Source: Desulfosudaceae bacterium (GTDB lineage: Bacteria; Desulfobacterota; Desulfobacteria; Desulfobacterales; Desulfosudaceae). From it: a stretch of DNA of 64,000 nucleotides. The stretch covers positions 1,024,001 to 1,088,000 of the forward strand of contig CAXXDV010000001.1 of NCBI GenBank assembly GCA_963674745.2, read 5' to 3'. The stretch's first letter is position 1. The number at the start of each line of letters is the position of its first letter. The notes under the pieces were generated by a model, which was not told the origin of the DNA, made no database searches, and saw nothing but the letters and a program-made list of their open reading frames with translations. A program made the position numbers and the translations under genes. Positions 21,887-31,445 of this stretch are shown here, piece after piece.

Positions 21887-23035
21887 ATGGCCAAACGAAT
21901 TCTGCGGACCCCCTTGTGTGACATGCTGGGCATTGAATACCCGATTATCAGTGCGGGTATGGGACCGACCCTGATCGGGGAGCCCAACGGCGCGCCGGTG
22001 GAACTGGTAGTGGCGGTATCCGAGGCCGGCGGGCTGGGCGTTCTGGGCGGCGCCGGGTTTACCCTGGAAGAATTGCGGGCGGCCATCGGAGAGATCAAAT
22101 CCAAAACCGACAAGCCCTTCGGCGTTGACCTGCTGCTGCCCAAAAACCTGCCCGGCGGGGGTATGGCCGGTGGCGGTGACCTGACACTGGGCCAGGTGGT
22201 CGAGATGCTGCCGCCGGAGCACCTGGAGTGGTATCGCAAAATAGCGGAAGAGATGGACTTTCCGCCGCTGGATGACATGAAAGTCCCTACCGATACCACC
22301 ACCATGAACCCAAAAGAGGCCGTGGCCATCTGCATTGAAGAAAAAGTTCCCCTGTTCGCGGCCGGCCTGGGTGACCCCGGCTTCATGGTGGAAGAGGCCC
22401 ACGCGGCCGGCATGAAAGTGCTGGGCGTGGTCGGCAACGCCAAAAACGCCGGTCGGATCGCCCGCTCCGGCGTGGACCTGGTGGCCGCCCAGGGACATGA
22501 AGGCGGCGGACATACCGGCCGGGTAGGCACCATGGCCCTTCTGCCCCAGGCCATTGACGCGGCTCATCCGGTGCCGGTGCTGGCCGCCGGCGGAATCGGC
22601 GACGGCCGGGGACTGGCCGCGGCACTGGCCATGGGCTGTATCGGCGTCTGGGTCGGCACGCGCTTTCTGGCCACCAACGAGGGCGGCGCCATGGAACTGT
22701 GCAAACAGAAAATCCTTTCTTCAACCGACGAAGACACCCGGGTCAGCAAACTGTTTACCGGAAAGACATCCCGGGCCAACGTGACCCGGTTTCATGAAGT
22801 CTGGGATTCATCCGGTCTTCCCGCCCTGCCTTTTCCGTTCCAGGTGCTGCTGGCCTCCGCCCTGCTGGCAGGGTTTGTCCGGTCCGGTCATGATGATTAT
22901 GTCAGCGGCTTTGCCGGCCAGGTTTCGGGACTGATTCATGACATCAAACCCGCCGCACAGGTGGTGGAAGAGATGGTGGAAACGGCGGCCGACATTCTGG
23001 CCCGGAAACTGCCGGAAACGGTTACGGCGCAGTAA
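21887..23035 (+). CDS. Nitronate monooxygenase / FabK-like flavoprotein
   Basis: YPIISAGMG, AVSEAGGLG, QGHEGGGHTG, AAGGIGDGRG, GTRFLAT; AAGGAG RBS. Confidence 0.9.
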   Translation: MAKRILRTPLCDMLGIEYPIISAGMGPTLIGEPNGAPVELVVAVSEAGGLGVLGGAGFTLEELRAAIGEIKSKTDKPFGVDLLLPKNLPGGGMAGGGDLTLGQVVEMLPPEHLEWYRKIAEEMDFPPLDDMKVPTDTTTMNPKEAVAICIEEKVPLFAAGLGDPGFMVEEAHAAGMKVLGVVGNAKNAGRIARSGVDLVAAQGHEGGGHTGRVGTMALLPQAIDAAHPVPVLAAGGIGDGRGLAAALAMGCIGVWVGTRFLATNEGGAMELCKQKILSSTDEDTRVSKLFTGKTSRANVTRFHEVWDSSGLPALPFPFQVLLASALLAGFVRSGHDDYVSGFAGQVSGLIHDIKPAAQVVEEMVETAADILARKLPETVTAQ

Positions 23036-23101
23036 TATGCGACGCACGGTCAGGTGATTGTCGTAATATCTGACAACTTTAACCCACAAAGAGGAACGTA
23101 G

Positions 23102-23130
23102 TTGAAAAAAACAATAAAAAAAGGTATACT
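23102..23130 (+). promoter_or_regulatory. sigma70-like promoter
   Basis: TTGAAA-17 bp-TATACT upstream of the ORF at 23167. Confidence 0.55.
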
Positions 23131-23166
23131 ACAGACTCATATCAACAATTGAGGAGAGACGTTTCG

Positions 23167-23490
23167 ATGAACCTGCAGCAATTCTGGTTAAAGCATTATT
23201 CCCCTGACAACCAGCAGATCAACATTGCTTCCAATAACGGCAGCCCCTACATGTGGATGCGCAAAACCGCCGAATGGGTTTACCTGGCGGATGAAAACGG
23301 TGATTTCCGCGCAGCGAAAAAAGAAGAAAGCCTTTTCAAAGTGATTACGGAATGGCTGAACGCCATCAGGGCTGATCAGAAAAAGCTGAATGACTTAAAA
23401 CACGATGTAATTAAAGACAATATCATCTTCGACCCGGACCGGGGCCGCTGGTCTTATAAAGGGGCGCCCGACGGTGAAACATCCCGTTAA
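23167..23490 (+). CDS. Hypothetical protein
   Basis: GAGGAG RBS then ATG at 23167; own promoter. Confidence 0.7.
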   Translation: MNLQQFWLKHYSPDNQQINIASNNGSPYMWMRKTAEWVYLADENGDFRAAKKEESLFKVITEWLNAIRADQKKLNDLKHDVIKDNIIFDPDRGRWSYKGAPDGETSR

Positions 23491-23578
23491 TCAATAAAAT
23501 GTTCCTCTATCAGACTAATCTGGCGGACCAATCCGGCGAACGAGTCCGTGTTTTAACACCTGCCGGCTGACCTTCCTT

Positions 23579-24877
23579 ATGGATGTTGTTACCACGCACA
23601 ATTCCAGTGATTTTGATGCCCTGGCCTCTCTTACCGCGGCCGGTATCTATTATCCGGATGCCAGGTTGATACTGCCCGGCCGCATCAATCCCAATGTTCA
23701 GGCCTTCCTTTCTTTTCACAAAGACCTGTTCGACTTTCCGTCATTTAAGGATATCGATCCGGAAGCCATTACCCGACTGATTGTGGTGGACACCAACCAG
23801 TGGAAAAGGCTGGACCGGTTGAACTGTCTGGCCCAAAAACAGGACCTTGATATTCATGTCTGGGACCATCATGATATCCCCTCGGATATGGCCGCCAGCC
23901 AGGTCCGCCAGGAAACCACCGGCGCCTGCACCACGTTGTTTATGGAAGTTTTTGAATCCCGCGGTATCGAACTGACGCCCATCCAGGCGACGCTTTTTCT
24001 GGCCGGTATCTATGAAGACACGGGCAACCTGTCCTTTCCGTCCACAACCGCCAGGGACGCAAAGGCCGTCGCCTACCTGCTGACCCGGAAAGCGGATTTG
24101 AATGTGCTGGGTAGTTTTCTGCGCCCGGCATATGACGTGCGGCAGAAAGACGTCCTTTTTGAAATGCTTCAGAAAGCGGAACGCATCAATATCGGCGGTT
24201 ACCGGGTAAGCATTTGTGAAATGGATATCAAGGGGCATACTCACGGTTTATCCCTGGTGGTTCATATGTACCGCGACATCCTGAACGTGGATGCCGCCTT
24301 TGGCATATTTAACGACCCTGAAAAAAAACGATGCGTTATCATTGCCAGAAGCGGTGTGGACGCCCTGGACGTGGGACAACTCATGCGCATCATGGGCGGC
24401 GGCGGGCATCCGGCGGCCGCCTCGGCCCTTTTAAAAGACGTCAGCGCCACCGGTGTCAGGGAGTGGATACTGGAACTGATCCGGGATAACCGGCGGTCCT
24501 CAATCCATATCGGGGACATCATGTCTTTTCCCGTCAAAACCATTATGGCCGCAACCAGCATGAAAGAAGCCGCCGCCATTTTGAAAGAGAACCGGGTTTC
24601 GGGCATGCCGGTGGTGGAAAACGGAAAAATGGTCGGGATTATATCGGTACGGGACATCAATAAAATCAGGAAAAAATCACAATGGCAGGCGCCGGTCAAG
24701 TCGTTCATGGCCACCAACATCATCACCGCCCCGCCGGATATGACCGTACCCAAAGCCGCCCGGCTGCTGGTCAAACATGATGTGGGACGTCTTCCGATCC
24801 TCAAGAATGACGAACTGATCGGTATTTTCACCCGCTCGGATGCGATGCTCTACTACTATGACCAAATGCCCGACTAG
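23579..24877 (+). CDS. DHH/DHHA1 phosphoesterase with C-terminal CBS pair
   Basis: HNSSDFDA, VVDT, DHH, EDTG, GGGGHPAAAS, two CBS repeats. Confidence 0.9.
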   Translation: MDVVTTHNSSDFDALASLTAAGIYYPDARLILPGRINPNVQAFLSFHKDLFDFPSFKDIDPEAITRLIVVDTNQWKRLDRLNCLAQKQDLDIHVWDHHDIPSDMAASQVRQETTGACTTLFMEVFESRGIELTPIQATLFLAGIYEDTGNLSFPSTTARDAKAVAYLLTRKADLNVLGSFLRPAYDVRQKDVLFEMLQKAERINIGGYRVSICEMDIKGHTHGLSLVVHMYRDILNVDAAFGIFNDPEKKRCVIIARSGVDALDVGQLMRIMGGGGHPAAASALLKDVSATGVREWILELIRDNRRSSIHIGDIMSFPVKTIMAATSMKEAAAILKENRVSGMPVVENGKMVGIISVRDINKIRKKSQWQAPVKSFMATNIITAPPDMTVPKAARLLVKHDVGRLPILKNDELIGIFTRSDAMLYYYDQMPD

Positions 24878-24918
24878 CCCGATATTTATCAAGTCACCAT
24901 GAACGTTTCTGCTATGTT

Positions 24919-25049
24919 GTAGGGGCACCCCCCTGTGGGTGCCCTTTTCCCGGGCAGGCACGGGGGCCTGCCCCTACAGTATTCATAAATGCTCTCCACG
25001 ACCCGTAGGGGCACCCTTTCACCGGGCGACCACAGGGGACCGCCCCTAC
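24919..25049. repeat. GTAG-type REP cluster (BIME-like)
   Basis: Alternating GTAGGGGC...GCCC / GGGC...GCCCCTAC palindromic units at 24919-24944, 24952-24977, 25005-25016 (partial), 25024-25049; between convergent genes. Confidence 0.85.
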
Positions 25050-25079
25050 GACCTGAACGACCCCGACCGGAAAAACAAT

Positions 25080-25134
25080 AAAGGCACACCAGTTCGAATG
25101 AACTCAAATGCATCTGAACCGGTGTGCCTTTTTT
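25080..25134. terminator. Hairpin terminator, probably bidirectional
   Basis: AAGGCACACC...GGTGTGCCTT stem followed by a T run, between convergent genes. Confidence 0.6.
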
Positions 25135-25159
25135 CAGGTGTTCTTTTTTTCAGAGGAGA

Positions 25160-25597
25160 CTACTTATTCGGGCCCAAACCACTCATGGTCGTTGACAGGC
25201 GGGCCTGGGCGCTCTGAACGTCTTTATCCGCCATGTAGGGCATGAGTTTCATAAAGGATTCACCAAACCTCCGGCCGACGTCTTCCATGTCTTTTTCCAT
25301 GGCCTTGATCTCTTCGGGAATGTTTTCCTGGTCTTTCAGTTCGGGATATTTTTCGCTCAGCTCTTTCATTTTCGGTACCAGTTTTTCCATACCATCAGCC
25401 AGTTTATTGATGGCTTTGGCGGCATCCCCGGCACTGGCGACTTTGGCCACATCGTCAACATAATCTGACATCAGTGCGATAAAATCTTTATTTGTTTCTA
25501 CCACATCCGAATATTTGCCGCCACACCCGATAACCAGTGCAACCAGACCCAGAATAACCATTGCCGACAGAATCGTTTTTTTCATTTTTTCCTCCAA
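25160..25597 (-). CDS. Hypothetical lipoprotein
   Basis: Lipobox LVIGC; helical body; likely start at MKKT. Confidence 0.8.
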   Translation of the reverse strand: MEEKMKKTILSAMVILGLVALVIGCGGKYSDVVETNKDFIALMSDYVDDVAKVASAGDAAKAINKLADGMEKLVPKMKELSEKYPELKDQENIPEEIKAMEKDMEDVGRRFGESFMKLMPYMADKDVQSAQARLSTTMSGLGPNK

Positions 25598-25714
25598 TAT
25601 GATTGATTATTATACATGTCTCATAAGAACGTCCAAAAATACAATAAAGCGGTTTGGATAGCAATAAAAGAGTTCTTGCTGATTTAATCCCTATCGAGAT
25701 ATTAAACCAACGGT

Positions 25715-27208
25715 TTATTTTTTAATCCGCCAGACACAGGCCTGACGGCGACCGGTCGGCGGAGAAATGGTCAGGCAGTCCGCACCCAGCTTTTTCTGAA
25801 GCATACCGCACTGACAACAAAAATAGGGCAGGTCCTGCCGGTTAAACGACCAGGAACGAGCTGCCTGCGTCCGACCCAGATTGTAGGGCTTGCGCTGGGT
25901 AAAATGATTGACCACCCGAGGGAATATGCGCTGTATTAACGGTTCAGGAAAGGGAAGCCGGCGGGCGGAAATGGTTATGGCGGTGGTCTCCACCTGCTCC
26001 CATGTTTTTCGCCACCGGCTCTGCGGGTCACTGCTTCCGGCCCGGATCAAACGCCCGCCGCTGCCGCAGGGAGACAAGTAAAATTCGATTTCCGTTTTGG
26101 TTTCTTTAATGCTGAACCGCCCCGGATAACGACCGGTGTGGTTACAATTGTCCGTACCGAAAAGGTGGGCAGCCAGAAAAGTCGTTTTCTCCGATACCGT
26201 CATAAGTTTGAGCTTATCCGAAAACTGGCTTAAAACACATTTTTCATACTGCCGCTCAAGGGCCTCTTCCAGTGCGGTTTCGCCCCCCTTTTCCCCGATA
26301 AACGTCAGCGTGGCGGCCAGCATGTTGACATACAAATCGTGAAGCACCAGAAACTCGTCTTTTACTTGTCGGCAAAGACGGCGGGCCTGGCGTAAATGGC
26401 TCTTTTCAAGCGCTTCGATGATCCTGTCCGTCATGGGCCTGGACATCTGTTCCAGTTCCCGGTCTGAAAAATATCGTCCCGGCCTGACGGCATAAGGACC
26501 GGCAGGCCGTGGTTTTCGGGCCACGCCCAGCCGCTTATAATAATGTTCGGGAATATCATCCGGGTTTTTGTAAACATGCCAGGCGCAGGTGTCATCCGGG
26601 TCTTTGATCGGGTCCACCGGCCACAACAGGGCCCCGTATCCGGATTCAAAAGGCAGTATTTCATTTAAAAACGCACAATGGATACAGTAATAAGGAAAAT
26701 TGTTCCTGTTAAAGGTCCAGGGGCGGGGTTGTGTCGACAACCGACCTCCACACCCCGGTTCATAGCGGCCCTTTTTCCACAAGCGCTGACCGCTGGCACA
26801 GGGGTGGAGGTAAAATGTAAATTTCTCATCATCTTCGCGGATGGAAAACCGGGCGGGATATTCCCCGGCACCGAAGCAGCTGTGGGCCCGCCAGGATTTA
26901 GCCAGCAGATAAACCGACAGATACGGCAACACCTGGGCGGCGGCGGCATCAAAAAACTGGCGTTGGGCGGAACCGGCAAAGACCTGGCGAAACATCGCTT
27001 CAACCGTTTCTTCGCCGAAGACATCCCCGACAAAGCTCCATAAAACCGTGCTGGAATCGGCAAAAAAATCGTGCAACAGGATCCGGGACCCGGCCATTTC
27101 CCGGGTCAGGGCAATGGCACCGGCCGTATCTTTCTGTTTAATACAGCGCGCGATCCGGTCCGGATAAGGGGTGGACAACGCCTCCCGTTGCGTTGAAGTG
27201 AAAATCAT
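25715..27208 (-). CDS. Hypothetical protein with an internally duplicated Cys-rich domain
   Basis: Two repeats: LHD / PC(A,G)SG.RL / W.FNR...PY.C..C / C.W. Confidence 0.8.
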   Translation of the reverse strand: MIFTSTQREALSTPYPDRIARCIKQKDTAGAIALTREMAGSRILLHDFFADSSTVLWSFVGDVFGEETVEAMFRQVFAGSAQRQFFDAAAAQVLPYLSVYLLAKSWRAHSCFGAGEYPARFSIREDDEKFTFYLHPCASGQRLWKKGRYEPGCGGRLSTQPRPWTFNRNNFPYYCIHCAFLNEILPFESGYGALLWPVDPIKDPDDTCAWHVYKNPDDIPEHYYKRLGVARKPRPAGPYAVRPGRYFSDRELEQMSRPMTDRIIEALEKSHLRQARRLCRQVKDEFLVLHDLYVNMLAATLTFIGEKGGETALEEALERQYEKCVLSQFSDKLKLMTVSEKTTFLAAHLFGTDNCNHTGRYPGRFSIKETKTEIEFYLSPCGSGGRLIRAGSSDPQSRWRKTWEQVETTAITISARRLPFPEPLIQRIFPRVVNHFTQRKPYNLGRTQAARSWSFNRQDLPYFCCQCGMLQKKLGADCLTISPPTGRRQACVWRIKK

Positions 27209-27240
27209 GGGCTTTTCTTTTCATACCGAAAAACGATTGG

Positions 27241-28353
27241 TTATAGCTTATCGGAGATATGATGAACCAGCAGGTATGGATTGGTCTCCCCCAGGACCTG
27301 CAACACCTTGATATCCCGCATGGCCTTTTCCAGGCCGTATTCATGCATATAACCATACCCGCCATGAATCTGAATGGCGTCGATGACAATTTCAAGGGCG
27401 GCATCCGTGCAGAAGGCCTTGACCAGCGGTGCTTCGGGATCATGAAACGCCGGCCGCCATTTTTCAACATCCAGCAAATCAAGACAGGCAGCCGTTCCCG
27501 TATTCAGTTTCATTTGCATGTTTCCCAGAAGGCGCTGAATTTCCTGGTGTAAAATGATCGTTTGTTTGAACTGATAACGCTGACCGGCATAATCTTTCGC
27601 CTTATGAAAAGCCGAGCGGGCACACCCCATGGCCATGGCGGCCACAAACCCGTAAAAGGCCGTTTCAGCGGAATGCTTCATTTTTTCAGCTTCTTCTCCG
27701 GTTGCCAGAACGGCATCCGCCTCAACCCGGACATGATTGAAAACCAGACGGGTAAAGGCATTCATTTTCAATCCCGGCAAACGAAGCGGCTCTTCCCTGC
27801 CGACGCCGGCAGCCGTCGGATCAATCCGGACAGCGACCGTATCATCCGGGTTGCCGTTTTTGCCGGCAAAAACCATCACCGCGCCTGCCAGACCGTCATT
27901 TCCCGTGAAAGAACTTGTGCCGCTGACAACCAGATGATCGTTTTCCGATATACATGACAGCGGCTTTTCTTCACGTGTTGAGGGGAGGCAGACGGAAGTG
28001 ATCAACGATTGCCTCCCGTCCGGTCCGATCAGATACGAAAACCAGCTTTTAGCGCCGGCTGATGCGGCGGCCGCACAGGCGGCAAAATGACAGGCAAAAA
28101 CCGAGGCAAACCCGGCACAGGCTGAGGCCAGGCGTTCCAGCACCAGCGCCCCGGCCAGTAAATTCATACCGGCACCGCCCAGGTCCTCCGGAACCAGAAG
28201 AACCGGCAGATCAAGTCCGCCGGATTTATCCCACAACTGTCTGGCCGTATTTTTATCAGCGGAAAGATCAGCTTCCAGCGCGCAGGGCAAGACTTCTTTT
28301 CTGATAAACCGGTCACATTCGCTCAGGATTCCTTCGTATATGTTCGACTTCAT
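27241..28353 (-). CDS. Acyl-CoA dehydrogenase-like subunit, degenerate
   Basis: VPEDLGGAG, RYQFKQ, QIHGGYGYM present; the AxTEP motif and the IYEG Glu are absent. Confidence 0.85.
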   Translation of the reverse strand: MKSNIYEGILSECDRFIRKEVLPCALEADLSADKNTARQLWDKSGGLDLPVLLVPEDLGGAGMNLLAGALVLERLASACAGFASVFACHFAACAAAASAGAKSWFSYLIGPDGRQSLITSVCLPSTREEKPLSCISENDHLVVSGTSSFTGNDGLAGAVMVFAGKNGNPDDTVAVRIDPTAAGVGREEPLRLPGLKMNAFTRLVFNHVRVEADAVLATGEEAEKMKHSAETAFYGFVAAMAMGCARSAFHKAKDYAGQRYQFKQTIILHQEIQRLLGNMQMKLNTGTAACLDLLDVEKWRPAFHDPEAPLVKAFCTDAALEIVIDAIQIHGGYGYMHEYGLEKAMRDIKVLQVLGETNPYLLVHHISDKL

Positions 28354-28380
28354 ACAAAAATTCCGTATCCGCCGGTTGCG

Positions 28381-29865
28381 TCACAATAACCGGCCGACGT
28401 CAAAGTTGAACAGGTCAATTCGGTTGGCCTGGTTGCTGCCTTCGTAAATCTGGGTAATCTTGGCATCCCGGAAGCATTTCTCCAGACCGTGGCTCTGATC
28501 CATCCCCTCAAGCCCGACGATATCAAGCATCCGGGAAGCGGTTTTCACGGCCAGGTCGGTGCCCGCGACCTTGACAGCCGAGCCGTGACGGACAAACGCT
28601 TCGATCGTATCATCATCAACCAGACGATTTTTCAAATATGTTCCGGCCTGGTCCAGAAATTGTCTGTTGGCCAGGGCCGCCACCGCCCCGGAAAGCAACA
28701 GCGACCGGGGCAGTAAATTCAGTGCTGCCCGAACCGGCATCGCTTCGAACAACTGCCAGGCATGCCGCGTATCCAGCGCGATAGCGAAATTATAACAGGC
28801 GTTTCTGACGGATGTCATTTCCTGAATGGTGTCCGCGATCATAAAGCGCACCCAGTCTTCATCAATCAACCGATGATCCCCGACCTTTTTTCCGGCCGCA
28901 TAGACTAGGCAGCGCTCCAGGGCCCCGCGGGCCAGGCCCACGCCGGCCATCCCGATATACCCCCGCGTGATGGAGAGGATTTCCCGGGTATGCCGCAATC
29001 CGCGGCCGGGGGGTTCCCACATGTTTTCATCCGGCACAAAAACATCTTTGAAAAACAGCTCTGCCGTTTGGCTGGCTTTCTGGCCGCACTTGCGCTCCAC
29101 CCGCCCCACGGAAAAGCCTTCACTGGACGAGGGAATCAGAAAAGTGGCCATGGTTTCCAGGGGAGCGTCCGGATCAACGGGAATATTGGCCAGCACAAAA
29201 TGGGCCAGGCTGCCGTTGGTGATAAAACACTTGGTCCCGTTGAGCAGATATCCACCCGAAACCTTTTTGGCGGAAGTGGACGATCGCATGGCCGCCATGG
29301 CCTCGCCTTCTTCCATGTCGGTGCCGGCAGAGGGTTCGGTAATGGCCCAGGACCAGAAAAGCGGTTCCCCCTTCTTCTGAGCGTCAACCATCTGACGGAT
29401 GATGTTCATGATGATGCCGGTCCGGCATTCCACCATGGCGCCCAGCAGCCCGAAGGTATTAAACGCTATATTACTGGCGGTCGCCAGGCAGACACTGGAC
29501 AGCTCTTCAACCATAACGGCATTGGCCAGGGCATGCCATCCCAGGCCGCCGATCTGTTCGGGAATCGAAGCGATGGTCAGTTTCAAGGCGTTAGCCTTGC
29601 GCCAGAGGTCCCAGTCGAAATAGCGGGGATCTTCGCTGCAGCGCCGGTCGGTCTGCAAAATGCCCGGCAGCATCTCCTGTCGGGCGAACCGGCGGGCGAT
29701 AACCTGAGCCTGTTCGGCTTTTTTGATATAGGCGGGACAGGTCTTTTTCAGCTTACCCAGGGCCGGAAGGTTTTGAACCAGATCCGGGGCCTGGGCATGA
29801 ATGCCAAATTTTAAGTCAGGAATATCCATTTTCGGTAATTTTCCTGAAAAGTACAAAAGAGACAT
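28381..29865 (-). CDS. Acyl-CoA dehydrogenase
   Basis: WAITEPSAGTD, LNGTKCFITNG, KCGQKAS, RDAKITQIYEGSNQ. Confidence 0.9.
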   Translation of the reverse strand: MSLLYFSGKLPKMDIPDLKFGIHAQAPDLVQNLPALGKLKKTCPAYIKKAEQAQVIARRFARQEMLPGILQTDRRCSEDPRYFDWDLWRKANALKLTIASIPEQIGGLGWHALANAVMVEELSSVCLATASNIAFNTFGLLGAMVECRTGIIMNIIRQMVDAQKKGEPLFWSWAITEPSAGTDMEEGEAMAAMRSSTSAKKVSGGYLLNGTKCFITNGSLAHFVLANIPVDPDAPLETMATFLIPSSSEGFSVGRVERKCGQKASQTAELFFKDVFVPDENMWEPPGRGLRHTREILSITRGYIGMAGVGLARGALERCLVYAAGKKVGDHRLIDEDWVRFMIADTIQEMTSVRNACYNFAIALDTRHAWQLFEAMPVRAALNLLPRSLLLSGAVAALANRQFLDQAGTYLKNRLVDDDTIEAFVRHGSAVKVAGTDLAVKTASRMLDIVGLEGMDQSHGLEKCFRDAKITQIYEGSNQANRIDLFNFDVGRLL

Positions 29866-30109
29866 TTAAAGTTGTTTAACATTTATCTAAACAAATACCA
29901 TAGAATGGCATAAAAAAAAATATTTTTGGTTTGTGAGCGCTTGTTTTCGTGGTGCCCGAATCGGGAGGCGGCCATAAGTCGGCGCCTTATGATTGCCCCG
30001 GGTGAAAACATTGACTTGGCGAAAGACTCCTGCTATCCAGTTTATTTCATGCGTCTATCCGCTAAAAAAAACGTCATGCCCTGATTATCCCGGACAAGAG
30101 GATAATGAA

Positions 30110-31153
30110 ATGATCAATGAAAAAGAGCGCAATGTTTCCCTTGACGTGATTCGGGCGGTTTCCATGCCCATTATTATTTTTTTTCACTACAACTGTGCCA
30201 CGACACGCATTATTTCAAAAGATGTGTTTCTATTAAAAGGCTTCGGATACGCCGGTCTCATCGGTGTCAGCATGTTTCTGATTTTATCCGGTGCCGGCCT
30301 CACCCTGAGCACAAAGCAGAACTTCCGCCCGGCGACTTTTTTCAAAAAGCGCTTTCTGGCAATTTATCCGCTGTTCTGGACGGTATATATCCTGTTTGTG
30401 CTGGGTGGCATCCTGCTCGGAATTGACCTGTTTGCGGACAGGCGTCCGGCACCGGCCAGTTTTATCTATACCATACTGGCCGTTGACGGTCTCATGACTT
30501 ACCGGGGTCCGAATTACTATTTAATCGGGGAGTGGTTTCTGGGCTGTATTCTGATACTTTACCTTTTATACCCGATCATCAGATACCTGATCGACTTGAA
30601 CAGGCACCTGGTATTGCTGGCATGCCTGACCCTGTGCCTGATACTGGGAAAAACATATCACCTGGGAATGCCCTTATCATGGTTCCCTTTGTACCGGCTG
30701 TTTGAATTTGTTTTTGGTATGTATTTTATCTCCCTTAACACCCAAAAGAGCCGGCCCATGAGCCTCCTACTGCTGTCCGGTACAGGGGCCGGCATCCTGG
30801 CCATATTCCTTTCCGGTATCCGCGGCAGTGGTTTTATCCCCACTATCGGTCTGGGAACACTCTGCTTTGTTTTCACGGCCGGCCTGTCTGACCTCACAAA
30901 GCCCCAGTGGCCGATGTTCAAAAAGGCGGTCCGGTTTTTAAGCCGATATTCCTACGCGGCCTTCTTATTACACCATCTCATGCTGGTCCAGATTGTAAAA
31001 ACACTGCCGGATTATCTTACATCACCTTATTATAACTGGACGGTTTTTGGCTTGACGCTGGTACTTGTTTATATCGCCGCTTATGTGGTGGATAATGCCG
31101 TCAGGTGGCTTCTGATCAGGCCTGTTGCCGCGCTGAAAAAAACTTATTATTAA
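30110..31153 (+). CDS. Acyltransferase-3 family membrane O-acyltransferase
   Basis: LDVIRAV...FFH, GVSMFLILSG, KRFLAIYP, EWFL, SRYSYAAFLLH; GAGGA RBS before ATG 30110. Confidence 0.9.
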   Translation: MINEKERNVSLDVIRAVSMPIIIFFHYNCATTRIISKDVFLLKGFGYAGLIGVSMFLILSGAGLTLSTKQNFRPATFFKKRFLAIYPLFWTVYILFVLGGILLGIDLFADRRPAPASFIYTILAVDGLMTYRGPNYYLIGEWFLGCILILYLLYPIIRYLIDLNRHLVLLACLTLCLILGKTYHLGMPLSWFPLYRLFEFVFGMYFISLNTQKSRPMSLLLLSGTGAGILAIFLSGIRGSGFIPTIGLGTLCFVFTAGLSDLTKPQWPMFKKAVRFLSRYSYAAFLLHHLMLVQIVKTLPDYLTSPYYNWTVFGLTLVLVYIAAYVVDNAVRWLLIRPVAALKKTYY

Positions 31154-31222
31154 CGGGCGCCTTTAAAAAATAAAATTTTGGTTCGAGATCCAGGCGGGTT
31201 AAAGGCAATTTTTATAGGCACC

Positions 31223-31420
31223 CTATATTTTCTGGATCTTTTCGAACTCGACCGCAAGGGGCTTTATCTCTTCTTCCCGGCCGAGTTCGCGCAATTTTTC
31301 TCTGAGCTTTTCCGTTTCCTGGCGAAGTTGGGGCAGCACTTCTTTTTTGATTTTTTCCTGCGCGGCATTACCCGAATGCGCCATTTCTTCGGCCAGAAGC
31401 CTTAGTTCGTTAAAGCCAGT
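31223..31420 (-). pseudogene. Probable 3' remnant of a small coiled-coil protein gene
   Basis: Protein-like charged helical frame (ELRLLAEEM...REKLRELGREEE) with no convincing start or RBS. Confidence 0.35.
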
Positions 31421-31445
31421 ATTTTTTTGGCACGGCCGCCCCTCT

